From: a virus
Virus record (IMG/VR): IMGVR_UViG_3300025530_000002
Direction: 5' to 3' (one strand)
Length of the DNA: 64,000 nt
Part shown: piece after piece, positions 21,423-31,522 of the stretch
Numbering within the stretch: the stretch's first letter is position 1
Layout: the number at the start of each line of letters is the position of its first letter
Translations under genes and position numbers: made by a program
Notes under the pieces: generated by a model
Told to the model about the DNA's origin: nothing
What the model saw: the letters and a program-made list of their open reading frames with translations, nothing else
Database searches by the model: none

Positions 21423-23253
21423 AGCGCAGTGCCCCGGATGCAAGCGGCTGCTGCCGCTCAAGCAGTTCCCGGTCCTGGACAAGGGGCCGCCGGTGCGCCT
21501 GTATGACTTCTGCACCGAGTGCATCGACCAGTTCGGCCTGGTGCACCTGTACCAGACCTACAGCGAAGGGGTCGATCCGCTCACCCGGCGCATGATGCTG
21601 CAGGATCGCAAGGCCGCCGAGCTGGACCGGCAGCGGGTGGAGCACGCTCGACTGGTCGAGGAGGCCCGCCGCGAGGCCGCCCAGCGTGAGCTGTGCCGGC
21701 GCGCGCTGTTGCCGTTCATCAAGCGGTTTTTCCCCGACTACGAGGCCGGCTGGGTGCACCAGGACATCTGCCGCCGCCTGGAGCGGTTCGTGCGCGACGT
21801 GGAGGCGAAGAAGTCGCCTCGATTGATCCTGACCATGCCGCCCCGGCACGGCAAGTCGACCATCGTCTCGGACATGTTCCCGTCCTGGGTGTTCGGACTG
21901 CACCCGGAGTGGGAGCTGATCGCGGCCAGCTACGCGGTGTCCCTGCCGGTCAGGTTCAGCCGCAACATACGCGACCGTATCCGCGATCCGAAATACCGGG
22001 CCGTGTTCGAGGACACCGAGCTGCGCGCCGACGCCCAGGGCGTGGAAGAGTGGCGGCTGACCCGCGGCGGCGGTTACCGCGCGGCCGGCGTAGGCGGCGG
22101 CATCACCGGTACGGGCGCGCATATCCTGCTGGTCGACGACCCGGTCAAGGACTGGTCCGAGGTCAAGTCCGAGCTGGTCCGCGAGAACGTGCGCAGCTGG
22201 TTCAACACGGCCGCGTACTCCCGTCTGGCCCCTGGCGGCGGGGTGCTGCTGGTCATGACCCGCTGGCACGACGACGACCTGGTCGGCAGCGTGCTGACGC
22301 AGATGCGCGAGCAGATCGACGCCGGCTGCGCCCCCGAGGAGATCGACAACTGGGAGCTGATCAACTACCCGGCCATCGCTACGGGTGACGAGTACCTGAT
22401 GCCGGACGGCTCGATCCAGGTGGACCCGCCAGAGGCCAGCCTGGCCGGCGCGCGGCTGCTGCGCCGACGTGGCGAAGCCCTGCATCCGGAGCGCTACGAC
22501 CTGGGCAAGCTGATGCGGATCAAGCACCGCTACAGCCCGCACGAGTGGGCGGCGCTGTACCAGCAGAACCCGGTGCCGGACGACGGGGCTTTCTTCAGCA
22601 AGGACATGTTCCGGCACTACGCCTACCTGCCGGGGATGCGCGAGGAGTACACCTACATCACCGCCTGGGACGTGGCCATCGGCGAGCAGCGGCGCAACGA
22701 CTGGACGGTCGGCGTGGTCTGCGCGGTCAACGCCGCCGGCGACATGTACGTGGTGGACATGGTGCGCGGGCGGTACGGCACCTACGACCTGGTGCAGGCC
22801 GTGGTCAACATGATCGAGCAGTACGACTGCGCGGTGTTCGGCATGGAGCACGGCCAGATCAAGATGACCCTGTGGCCGCTGATCCTGGACGAGATCCGGC
22901 GCCGGCGCCTGGCCTGCTCGATCAACGACGACCTCAAGCCGATCACGGACAAGGAGACCCGTGCCACGCCGCTGCGCGGCCTGATGCAGCAGGGCCGGGT
23001 GTACTTCCCGCTGGCCTCGCACCGGCCGTGGGTGGAACGGGCCATCGAGGAGATGCTCCGGTTCCCCACGGGCAAACATGATGATATCGTCGATGCGCTT
23101 GCCTGGGCGGCTCGGATGTACCGCGCAGCGCCGCGTCCGCAGACGGCAGTGAATGAGGCGGCCCGCCGCGTGGTCAGTTGGCGCGAGCGGATTCACGAGT
23201 TCCCGGGGGTCGACGGTCTCGGCAGCTCGGGCGGTTCGTACATGGCGTACTGA
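21412..23253 (+). CDS. terL: Terminase large subunit with an N-terminal CxxC...CxxC extension
   Basis: Walker A region LTMPPRHGKST, Walker B HILLVDDP, and a C-terminal RNase H-like nuclease region (GKHDDIVDAL). The first 90 aa or so carry CPGC-x28-CTEC. Confidence 0.9.
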   Translation: MAVEAQCPGCKRLLPLKQFPVLDKGPPVRLYDFCTECIDQFGLVHLYQTYSEGVDPLTRRMMLQDRKAAELDRQRVEHARLVEEARREAAQRELCRRALLPFIKRFFPDYEAGWVHQDICRRLERFVRDVEAKKSPRLILTMPPRHGKSTIVSDMFPSWVFGLHPEWELIAASYAVSLPVRFSRNIRDRIRDPKYRAVFEDTELRADAQGVEEWRLTRGGGYRAAGVGGGITGTGAHILLVDDPVKDWSEVKSELVRENVRSWFNTAAYSRLAPGGGVLLVMTRWHDDDLVGSVLTQMREQIDAGCAPEEIDNWELINYPAIATGDEYLMPDGSIQVDPPEASLAGARLLRRRGEALHPERYDLGKLMRIKHRYSPHEWAALYQQNPVPDDGAFFSKDMFRHYAYLPGMREEYTYITAWDVAIGEQRRNDWTVGVVCAVNAAGDMYVVDMVRGRYGTYDLVQAVVNMIEQYDCAVFGMEHGQIKMTLWPLILDEIRRRRLACSINDDLKPITDKETRATPLRGLMQQGRVYFPLASHRPWVERAIEEMLRFPTGKHDDIVDALAWAARMYRAAPRPQTAVNEAARRVVSWRERIHEFPGVDGLGSSGGSYMAY

Positions 23254-23254
23254 T

Positions 23255-25366
23255 ATGAGCGAGCGCGAAAAGGCAGAAGAAACGTATCGCATCTACCGGT
23301 ACGACCGGGAGAACGGCCACGAGCAGTACATACGGCGTGCCGAGGAGGCGCACCGGTACTACGCCTCGCAGCAGTGGTCGGAAGAGGATGCGGCAAGGCG
23401 GCGGCAGGAAGAGCGGCCGATGGTGACGGTCAACGAGATCTTCGAGACCGTCAACGCCATCTCCGGCGAGCTGTCGCAGCTGTCGACCGATGTGGCGTTC
23501 CAGGCCGACGTGGGCGGGGACCCCGCTACGGCGGACATCCTCAACAAGATGTCCGAGTATGTCGATCGACAGAACAAGCTGTACATCCACGACGACCGGG
23601 TGCGCCGTGACGGCCTGCTGACCGGCCGCGGGTTCTACGAGATTCGGGTCGAGTTCGATGACAACCTGCAGGGCAACATCAGGATTCGTTCGCGCCGCCC
23701 GCAGAACGTGATCCTGCCTGCTGACCTCGAAGAGGCCGACCCCTCGACCTGGTCGCGCGTGTGCACGACCGACATCCTGAGCTTGCAGGATGTGGAAGAG
23801 CTGTTCGGCGACTCGGTGGCCCGCGAACTGCGCGGGATGCCCTTGCCTGACTTCTACGACGCCGAGGACAAGAACCTGGCTTCGGTGCTCGGGTACAACT
23901 CGATGTACCGCGAGATGGGGCACTTCGACGAGGAAACGAATCCATTCATCCGCAAGTACCGCATGATCTCCATGCAGTACCAGGAGCTGAAGTGGAAGGA
24001 CTTCTTCGTCGACGTGGACACCGGCGACATGGCCGAAATCCCGGAGAACTGGCCGCGCGAGAAGGTCGAGTACGCCATCCAGACGCTGGGGCTGGCCACC
24101 ACGCGCAAGAAGGCCAAGACGGTCCGCTGGCGGGTGGTGCTCAACGACCTGGTCGTCCACGACGAGGACAGCCCCTACAAGTTCTACACGATCGTGCCGT
24201 ACTTCCCGTTCCTGTTGGACGGGGCGACGCTGTCGCTGTTTGACGTGCTCAAGGGGCCGCAGGACCTGCTGAACAAGTCCCTGTCCGAGGAGATCCACAT
24301 TCTGACTTCCGTGGCCGCCAGCGGCTGGAAGGTCAAGGAAGGTTCGCTGCGCAACATGACGCCGCGCGAGCTGGAGACCCGCGGCGCCCGCAACGGCCTG
24401 GTGATGGTCCTGGAGGACATCGGCGACGCCGAGAAAATCCAGGGCAACAGCGCGCCGTCCGGCTTCCAGGACTTGTCGGCGCGCGCCCAGCAGTGGACCA
24501 AGCAGCTGGCCGGCCTGACCCCGTCAATGCAGGGCGCCCAGCGCGCGGATGCGTCCGGCAAGGGCATCCAGCTGCAGCTCAACCGTGCGCCGGTGAACCT
24601 GTCTACGGCCCTGACCGCGTTCCATTTCACCAAGCACCTGCTGGCCGAGCGCAAGCTGAACCTGTTCCAGACGTACTACACCGAGACCCGGTTCATGCGG
24701 GTCCAGCATGGTCGTTACGGGCACACCGAGGAGATCGGGATCAACATTCCGACCGTCGACGGGTACCTGCACGACATCACCTCGGGCAACTACTACGTCG
24801 ACACCGTGCCGGTGACCAGCCGGCTGCAGGCCGAGGAGTACGCGTTCGACGAGCTGGTCAGGCTCAAGGAGCTGGGCCTGCAGGTGCCGAACCGGCTGTT
24901 CATCGAGGCCAGCTCGATCAACGCCAAGCCCGACGCGGCGGCGGCCCTGCGCGAGGCCAACAGTGGCGAACTCAGCCCCGAGGAGCAGATGGCCCGGCAG
25001 CTGGAGCTGCAGAAGATGCAGCTGGAGGTCGAGGCCGAGGCGGCCGACGTGGAGAACAAGCGCGCCCAGACCGTCCTGGCGCTGGGTCGCGCCCGTCGCG
25101 CTGCAGCCGACGCGCAGACTCCCGCCGCCCGGCTGGCTGTGGACGCCAATCGGCAGCGTCTGGAGGCCGAGCGCGACGCTCGCGCCGCCGACCTGGCGCG
25201 GCGCAAGCACGAGGCCGACGTGGCGCTGCAGCTCACTGAAATGGAGCACAGGATGGAACTGGAGCGGGAACGCATCCAGGCCAGCAAGGAAGCCGCACGC
25301 GCGGCGGCGAAAGCCGAGCCGCCGGCAGACAACACCCCCAGTAAGCAGCCACGCCAGAGGAAGTAA
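23255..25366 (+). CDS. Portal protein
   Basis: 703 aa, directly after TerL (ATG 1 nt after its stop). Long helical charged C-terminal barrel-like tail. Confidence 0.8.
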   Translation: MSEREKAEETYRIYRYDRENGHEQYIRRAEEAHRYYASQQWSEEDAARRRQEERPMVTVNEIFETVNAISGELSQLSTDVAFQADVGGDPATADILNKMSEYVDRQNKLYIHDDRVRRDGLLTGRGFYEIRVEFDDNLQGNIRIRSRRPQNVILPADLEEADPSTWSRVCTTDILSLQDVEELFGDSVARELRGMPLPDFYDAEDKNLASVLGYNSMYREMGHFDEETNPFIRKYRMISMQYQELKWKDFFVDVDTGDMAEIPENWPREKVEYAIQTLGLATTRKKAKTVRWRVVLNDLVVHDEDSPYKFYTIVPYFPFLLDGATLSLFDVLKGPQDLLNKSLSEEIHILTSVAASGWKVKEGSLRNMTPRELETRGARNGLVMVLEDIGDAEKIQGNSAPSGFQDLSARAQQWTKQLAGLTPSMQGAQRADASGKGIQLQLNRAPVNLSTALTAFHFTKHLLAERKLNLFQTYYTETRFMRVQHGRYGHTEEIGINIPTVDGYLHDITSGNYYVDTVPVTSRLQAEEYAFDELVRLKELGLQVPNRLFIEASSINAKPDAAAALREANSGELSPEEQMARQLELQKMQLEVEAEAADVENKRAQTVLALGRARRAAADAQTPAARLAVDANRQRLEAERDARAADLARRKHEADVALQLTEMEHRMELERERIQASKEAARAAAKAEPPADNTPSKQPRQRK

Positions 25367-25369
25367 ACC

Positions 25370-26485
25370 ATGAACCGAGACCTTGATCCGCAGGCGTATC
25401 CGAACGAGCGGAGTGCCGAAGACCTGACCGACCGCGGGGACGATTTCACCCCCGAGGAGGACCAGGACACGGAAGACACCCAGGACGCGGGCGAGGCCAA
25501 GAAGGCGCCGCTCAAGAAGGACGATGCGCCGTCCAGGAAGAAGTCTTCGCGGGCGTCCGATGATGAGGACGAAGACGAGGACGACGAGGACGAAGACGAG
25601 GACGAAGACGAGGACGAAGACGAGGACGACGAGGACGACGAGGACGACGAGGACGACGAGGACGAAGACGAGGACGACGAGGACGACGAGGACGACAAGC
25701 CCAAGAAGGGCGCCAAGAAGGCGCACAAGGGCGGCGCCACGGTCCCGTTGTCGGTCCTCAAGCGCGCGCAGCAGCGCCGGCGCGAGGCAGAGGCCCGTGC
25801 CAAGGAGCTGGAGTCGCGGCTGCGCAGCATCGAGGAGTCCAAGTCCGAGCGCCAGAAGGAGCAGCTGGACCGCCTCAACAAACAGATCGACGAGCTGTAC
25901 GACAAGATCGAGGAGGCGCGCGCCGAGGGCGACACCAAGGCCGCGGCCAAGCTGCAGCGCGAGCTGGACAACCTGCGCGACAAGCTGACCTCCTCGCAGG
26001 CGGCGGCTTTGGCGGCCCGGCGCGCGCTGGAGACCCAGCAGACCCTGGCCTACAACGCCCTGGTCGCTGAGCTGGAGGCGATCGACCCGCGTTTTGATGA
26101 GGAGTCGGAGGAGTACGACGAGGACCTGGTCGAGCGCGTGGACGACCTGACCCAGGGCTTCGAAGCCCGGGGCATGCCGCCGGCGGACGCCCTGCGCAAG
26201 GCCCTGCGCTACATCCTGGGCAAGGACCCGTTCAAGGAAAGCCGGCGCCTGGCCCGGGACCTGCGGCGCCGCGCCGAGGAGGAAGAGGAAGCGCGGAAGA
26301 AGCGCCTGCCGCCGCGCAAGACCGACGTCAAGCGGAACCTGGACGCCAAGCGCAAGCAGCCGCCTGATGAGCCGGACGCCCGCAAGGAGCAGCCCAGCCG
26401 GATCGACCCGCGGCGGCTGTCGGATGAGGACTTTGACAAGCTGCCGAAGTCCAAGCTGCGGGAACTGCGCGGGGACTTCTTCTAA
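25370..26485 (+). CDS. Scaffolding protein (putative) with a pure D/E tract
   Basis: Lies between portal and capsid. Helical, charged and coiled-coil. Carries a 45-residue uninterrupted Asp/Glu run. Confidence 0.6.
   Translation: MNRDLDPQAYPNERSAEDLTDRGDDFTPEEDQDTEDTQDAGEAKKAPLKKDDAPSRKKSSRASDDEDEDEDDEDEDEDEDEDEDEDDEDDEDDEDDEDEDEDDEDDEDDKPKKGAKKAHKGGATVPLSVLKRAQQRRREAEARAKELESRLRSIEESKSERQKEQLDRLNKQIDELYDKIEEARAEGDTKAAAKLQRELDNLRDKLTSSQAAALAARRALETQQTLAYNALVAELEAIDPRFDEESEEYDEDLVERVDDLTQGFEARGMPPADALRKALRYILGKDPFKESRRLARDLRRRAEEEEEARKKRLPPRKTDVKRNLDAKRKQPPDEPDARKEQPSRIDPRRLSDEDFDKLPKSKLRELRGDFF
25559..25695. repeat. GAC/GAG/GAA trinucleotide-type repeat (acidic tract)
   Basis: gaggacgaagac and gaggacgac units are iterated. 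The antisense reads as the poly-Ser ORF 24793..25983. Confidence 0.85.
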
Positions 26486-26690
26486 CAGGCTTGCATCTGC
26501 AATGAACTTCGTGTAAGTTCGCCCTCAAGGTGGTCGGGCGTCACCCCCCGACGCCCGGCCGCCTTCTCCTTCGTTTGCGAGGCACGAAAGCCCTCGCCGC
26601 CCACGAGCAGCGTCATCCGCTCGCCTCGATGGCCCTTGCGATAACGGGCGCGGACAAGCAGATCAGCAGACCACTTCGAGGTAAGCCACC

Positions 26691-27818
26691 ATGGCAATGA
26701 CTAACTTCGGCCGCCTCACTGAGGAGCAGGCCACTGTTTGGGCGCGCGACGTGTGGCGCGAGGCCCGCCAGACGTCCTTCTATCTGTCCAACTTCGCTGG
26801 CGACAGCAAGGACGCGATGCTGCATCGCATCACCGAGCTGCGCGCGGTGAAGGGTCAGGCGCGTGCTGTGATCACCCTCGTGCCGGATCTGGAAGGCGAC
26901 GGCGTTGTCGGCGACAACCAGCTGGAGGGCAACGAGGAGGCCATCCGGGCGTTCGATCAGGTCATCGAGTTCGACCAGATCCGTCACGCCAACCGCCACG
27001 AGGGCGTCATGGCCGACATGCGCACGGTCGTGCGGTTCCGCGAGACCTCCCGCGACGTTCTGGCCTACTGGCTGGCGCAGCGCATCGACGAGCAGATCGC
27101 CCTGGCGCTGTCGGGCGTCAGCTTCGCCTACCGCATCAACGGCGCCCCGCGTGTGGGTTCGCAGTGGACCCAGCTGGCCTATGCCGGCTACATCACGCCG
27201 CCGTCGGCCAACAGGCACTTCCGCTGGGACAGCGCGAGCCACACCCTGGCGTCGGGCTCGACCTCCTCGGTCACGGCCAGCGACACCCCGTCCTGGGAGA
27301 TGCTGGTCGAGATCAAGGCCAAGATGTCGGAGCTGGGCATCCGCCCGGTGCGCGCCGAAGGCGGCTACGAGATGTACAACGTGTTCATGCACTCTCGTGG
27401 CATCGCCAAGCTGAAGAAGGACCCGGACTTCCTGAACGCGTGGACCCACGCCCAGAAGCAGGGCGACGGCAACCCGCTGTTCCGTGGCACCCGCAAGGGC
27501 GGTCGTCAGGGCTTCTTCATCGACGGCCTGAACATCATGGAGTACGAGAACGTCTTCAACACCACCGGTCTGGCCCCGGGCAGCAAGTGGGGTGCGGCCG
27601 GCGACGTTGAGGGCCAGCGCGTCCTGGTGTGCGGCGCCCAGGCCCTGGGCATCGCCGACATCGGCCTGCCGCGCTGGGTGGAGAAGGAGTTCGACTACGA
27701 CGCCAGCCCGGGCATCGCCATCGCCAAGCTGTTCGGCCTGCTCAAGCCGGTTTGGCCGTCCAGCCGCACCGGTACGAAGGAAGACTTCGGCGTGGTCGTG
27801 GTCGATACCGCGATCTGA
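26691..27818 (+). CDS. Major capsid protein (possibly N4 gp56/DUF4043-type)
   Basis: 375 aa after the scaffold. RITELRAVKGQARAVITLVPDLEGDGVVGDNQLEGNEEAI resembles that family from memory. Confidence 0.75.
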   Translation: MAMTNFGRLTEEQATVWARDVWREARQTSFYLSNFAGDSKDAMLHRITELRAVKGQARAVITLVPDLEGDGVVGDNQLEGNEEAIRAFDQVIEFDQIRHANRHEGVMADMRTVVRFRETSRDVLAYWLAQRIDEQIALALSGVSFAYRINGAPRVGSQWTQLAYAGYITPPSANRHFRWDSASHTLASGSTSSVTASDTPSWEMLVEIKAKMSELGIRPVRAEGGYEMYNVFMHSRGIAKLKKDPDFLNAWTHAQKQGDGNPLFRGTRKGGRQGFFIDGLNIMEYENVFNTTGLAPGSKWGAAGDVEGQRVLVCGAQALGIADIGLPRWVEKEFDYDASPGIAIAKLFGLLKPVWPSSRTGTKEDFGVVVVDTAI

Positions 27819-27836
27819 CCCGGGGAGGAGACCATC

Positions 27837-28232
27837 ATGGCAAACTACTACATCAATTCCCGCCAGTATGAGCGGTCGGCCGTGGCCGTCATCGATGGCA
27901 GCCTCTCGCAGGGCACCAGGATGCTGCTGCCGCCGGGCGCGGTGGTCACGGGCGGCGGCTACACCGTCGCGGCCGCCGTCGGCGGCACCACGCCCACGCT
28001 GACGCTGGTCGACAACGCAAGCTCGCCGCACACGTACCTGAACGCGGTGTCGGTGGCTTCGCCGGCGTCCGGCGCCCTGGCCAACAACACCGTCGGCCGC
28101 TACTACGCGGCCGGTGCGGAGCTGACCTTCAGCCTGGGCGGCACGCCGACCGCGGGCTCCGGCAAGGTGCTGGTGTGGGTCAACTACATCGTCGAGCAGA
28201 CCTCCGACGAACTGTACGGTCGGTCCGGTTGA
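27837..28232 (+). CDS. Hypothetical virion protein (decoration candidate)
   Basis: 131 aa, GGAGGAG RBS, immediately after the capsid gene and before a terminator. Confidence 0.55.
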   Translation: MANYYINSRQYERSAVAVIDGSLSQGTRMLLPPGAVVTGGGYTVAAAVGGTTPTLTLVDNASSPHTYLNAVSVASPASGALANNTVGRYYAAGAELTFSLGGTPTAGSGKVLVWVNYIVEQTSDELYGRSG

Positions 28233-28262
28233 GGTAACCTGGCGTGGCTGCTAGGCTTGGGG

Positions 28263-28290
28263 GCGGGGGAGAACTCCCCCGCTCCTTCTT
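28263..28290 (+). terminator. Probable leaky rho-independent terminator after the capsid block
   Basis: GCGGGGGA-gaac-TCCCCCGC followed by tccttctt. Confidence 0.5.
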
Positions 28291-28323
28291 GCCGAACAAA
28301 CTCCCTGCCAAGGACCTCAAACC

Positions 28324-28941
28324 ATGCCTGTGATGATGGTGTCTCCGCGCGATTACACGCTCCGCACGACTTCGGGGCACGTGATCGCGTTCAAGGCCAA
28401 CGTGCCGCAGCTCGTGCCTGACGTCGTCGTGTCCGACGCCATGGCCGTGAACATCCTGCCCTGCGAGGGCAAAGCGGTTGACAACGATCGCCCGGCTGAC
28501 GGCGTGGTCAAGATGCCGGCGCTCCCGTCCACGCTGCGTGATGCGCTGGTGCTGACGGTGATCGATCAGCTGGTGCGCGAGAACGACACGGCCAACTTCA
28601 ACGCCGGCGGTCAGCCGAAGCTGGCTGTGGTCAACGAGCTGACGGGCGTGCGTCTGAGCAGCGGCGAGCTGTCCAAGTACTGGGACCGCTACCGCGAGAT
28701 CAAGTACAACAACGAATCGCTGCCCACCCACAAGCACCTGTCGCTGGTGATGGAGCTGCAGTCGCTGACCACCCGCAAGCAGCTGATCGAGTTCGCCCGC
28801 GATATCCGGTTCCCGACGCGTGAAGTGGAGCGGCAGCCGTCGGTGAAGGATGCCAAGGCGCTCCTGCTCAACGCCGTCCTGAACTATCACGAGCCGCTGG
28901 CGTCCGTCGAGGAAGCCAAGGCTGACGGCAAGGAGTCGTGA
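28324..28941 (+). CDS. Hypothetical virion protein
   Basis: 205-aa ORF in the structural operon. Confidence 0.65.
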   Translation: MPVMMVSPRDYTLRTTSGHVIAFKANVPQLVPDVVVSDAMAVNILPCEGKAVDNDRPADGVVKMPALPSTLRDALVLTVIDQLVRENDTANFNAGGQPKLAVVNELTGVRLSSGELSKYWDRYREIKYNNESLPTHKHLSLVMELQSLTTRKQLIEFARDIRFPTREVERQPSVKDAKALLLNAVLNYHEPLASVEEAKADGKES

Positions 28942-29648
28942 TGCCGTACACCGTCGACGATCTGATCAGGCAGTTCCGTAGCGACGTTTACGACCGCCCG
29001 GACGTCGACGGTGAAGGCAACCCTCGTGACACCCTGTGGTCGCACGAGGACGTCATGCACTACCTGCGCACGGCCTTGTCGCAGTGGGCGAAGGACACCC
29101 TGGCCGTGCGCTACAACGTGACGCTCGATGTGGCCCCCGGAAAAGCCCGGTACTACGCCGGCCGCGAGATCATCGAGATCGCCCGGGCCGCCCTGGTGCT
29201 CGGGTCCGACCCCGCCGCCCGTCCGCGCCCGCTGGCACAGTTCAACCTGGGGGATGCCTGCTACGCAGACGACTACGGCATGGTCTACCTGACCACCTAC
29301 GACATCGAGAACCGACAAGGGGTGCCCCGGGCGATCACGCGCGACTACGACCCGACGTACCTGCGGCTGTTTCCGATCCCCACCGAGGCGGGGTTTCTGC
29401 ACCTGAACCTGGTGGTGTACCCGCCCCTGGCCGAGTGCGGGATGCCGCTGCCGTCGGACAACATGCAGGACATCCACCTGCTCCTGCTGTACATGAAGCA
29501 TCTGGCCTACGCCAAGCAGGACGCCGACGTGCAAGATCTGTCCCGCTCGGCGGAGTATCTGCAGCAGTACCGCGCTCTGGTGCGCGAGCGCATGTACACG
29601 CTGGACCGTGAGCGGCGCGGCGGAGGCATCATTCGACCCCGGTGGTGA
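28941..29648 (+). CDS. Hypothetical virion protein (head-completion/adaptor candidate)
   Basis: ATG at 28941 with AAGGAG 5 nt upstream (the track start at 28938 is a GTG). 235 aa. Confidence 0.6.
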   Translation: MPYTVDDLIRQFRSDVYDRPDVDGEGNPRDTLWSHEDVMHYLRTALSQWAKDTLAVRYNVTLDVAPGKARYYAGREIIEIARAALVLGSDPAARPRPLAQFNLGDACYADDYGMVYLTTYDIENRQGVPRAITRDYDPTYLRLFPIPTEAGFLHLNLVVYPPLAECGMPLPSDNMQDIHLLLLYMKHLAYAKQDADVQDLSRSAEYLQQYRALVRERMYTLDRERRGGGIIRPRW

Positions 29649-29651
29649 GTC

Positions 29652-30935
29652 ATGGCCATCCCAACCGACCGCGACCTGATACAGCTGGGACCGTGGCCCC
29701 GCGGAGCAAACAACCTCGCGCCGGAAACCGGCGTGCCCCTCGGGTCGTTCCGGCGCGGTGTGAACGTCGATGTGAGCGACGGTGGCACGGTGAGTCGCCG
29801 CCAGGGGTACACGCGGGTCATCGCGGTGGACGAGCCTCATGATCTGTTCGGCTACGGCGACCGAGGCTTCTTCGTCTCCGGGAGCACCCTGTACGGGTTC
29901 GAGGTGGTGAACGGGCAGCTTACGGCGCCGATCCCGCTGTACGATCAGATCCGCCCCGATGCCCGCATCGCCCACTGTCTGGTCGATCCGGACATCTTCG
30001 TGTCGGACGGCGAGGTGACCTTGCGCATTTCGCCCAGCAACACGGTCGCCCCCTGGACGGTGGCCGCCGGCCCGATGCCTGTCCTGACGACGGGCAACGC
30101 CGGCTCCCTGACGGCGGGGGTCTATCACGTGGCGGTGGCGCTGAAGGCGCCGACCGGCGAGGAGGGGCCGCTCGGCCCGCTGGCCAAGGCCGAGGTGCCC
30201 GACAACGGCAGCCTGACGGTCAACTTGCCGGCGCTGGCGCCTGGGATGCGTTACGCGGTCTACATGACCAAGCCCAACGGCACCGAGCTGCTGCACCTGG
30301 TCACGGCCCCGAGCGCCACGATCAACGTGTACAAACAGCACCAGGGCCGGCGTCCGCCGACCGAAGACACCGACCCCCTGCCGGCAGGGCACTTCGCCCT
30401 GCTGTGGAAGGGCCGACTGCTGGTGGCCAAGGACAACTACGTCTTCTGGTCCGAACCGATGCAGTACGGCCTGACCCGGCTGGCCTACAACTACCTGGTG
30501 TTGGCCGAGCCGGTGACCATGTTGGCGGCAGTCGAGACGGCCGACGGGTTCTTCATCGGGCAGGGCTCGCGGACGTACCTGGCCCAGGGCGCCGACCCGG
30601 CCGACGCCACCTTGCGCGAGGTCTACCCGGCCGGCGTAGTGGCCGGTACGCTGCAGTATGTGCCTGGGGCACGCTTGCCGATGGAGGTCCCGCCGACCGA
30701 GCGGTGCCCGATGTGGACCTCCACGTCGGGGGTGTTCTGTGTCGGTCTGCCGGACGGCTCGGTGCTGCCCCTGACCGAGACCCGCTATGCGGCGGCCATC
30801 GCCAGCGAAGGCGCCGCGTTGTTCGTGCAAAACGCCGGCAAGAACCGGTATATTGCAACCCTGCGAGATCCGTCCGAAAATGGGTTCGTCCTGTCCGACT
30901 CGTTCTCGGCAGAGGTGATCCGAAACGGCAACTGA
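29652..30935 (+). CDS. Hypothetical virion structural protein
   Basis: 427-aa ORF, tightly packed. Confidence 0.7.
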   Translation: MAIPTDRDLIQLGPWPRGANNLAPETGVPLGSFRRGVNVDVSDGGTVSRRQGYTRVIAVDEPHDLFGYGDRGFFVSGSTLYGFEVVNGQLTAPIPLYDQIRPDARIAHCLVDPDIFVSDGEVTLRISPSNTVAPWTVAAGPMPVLTTGNAGSLTAGVYHVAVALKAPTGEEGPLGPLAKAEVPDNGSLTVNLPALAPGMRYAVYMTKPNGTELLHLVTAPSATINVYKQHQGRRPPTEDTDPLPAGHFALLWKGRLLVAKDNYVFWSEPMQYGLTRLAYNYLVLAEPVTMLAAVETADGFFIGQGSRTYLAQGADPADATLREVYPAGVVAGTLQYVPGARLPMEVPPTERCPMWTSTSGVFCVGLPDGSVLPLTETRYAAAIASEGAALFVQNAGKNRYIATLRDPSENGFVLSDSFSAEVIRNGN

Positions 30936-30945
30936 GGGCCCGCCC

Positions 30946-31521
30946 ATGTTCCTGAAGCTACTGAGCCACCTCCGCAGCCGCCTGAGCAACCTGCTCTTCC
31001 ACGAGTCGTATGGCTTCTGCGTGGTCGATCCGGCAGGTCGTGTGGTGACCCCGCGGGGGTACGATCGAGACGGCTATCTTTGGACGCCCAACCGAGTGGT
31101 CGACCAGGGGCTGAACTACGCGCTCAACGCGGCGCTGCGCGCGGACGGCGTGATCAGCGCCTGGTACCTGGCGCCGTTTGCCGGCAATGTCACGCCGAAC
31201 GCGTCAGTCACGGCGAGCAATTTCGCTTCGACCCTGACCGAGTTCACCAACTACGATGAGCCCAACCGCGTGGCGTGGGTGCCGGACGGCGCCGCAACTG
31301 CCGGCGTGATCGTGAACAACACCACCCCGGCGGTGTTCACGATCGGCAGCGGTCCGCAGGACAGCATCTACGGCGCGGGGCTGCTGTCGGCCCAGGCCAA
31401 GGGCGCCACTACGGGCGTGTGCTTCTCGGCCGGTCGCCTGCAGGGCGGCTCGGGCCTGCTGAATCTGCAGGAAGGCTACGAAGTCCGCCTGAAGTACCGC
31501 ATCACCGCATCGTCGTCGTGA
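30946..31521 (+). CDS. Hypothetical virion structural protein
   Basis: 191-aa ORF. Confidence 0.65.
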   Translation: MFLKLLSHLRSRLSNLLFHESYGFCVVDPAGRVVTPRGYDRDGYLWTPNRVVDQGLNYALNAALRADGVISAWYLAPFAGNVTPNASVTASNFASTLTEFTNYDEPNRVAWVPDGAATAGVIVNNTTPAVFTIGSGPQDSIYGAGLLSAQAKGATTGVCFSAGRLQGGSGLLNLQEGYEVRLKYRITASSS

Positions 31522-31522
31522 C

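Noticed and set aside
24793-25983. 396-aa minus-strand ORF with a long poly-Ser run, and the poly-(L/V) ORF 24524..25726.
   Set aside because: These are the reverse complement of the GAC/GAG/GAA acidic-tract repeat in the scaffold gene and of the portal 3' end. They are an artefact of the repeat.
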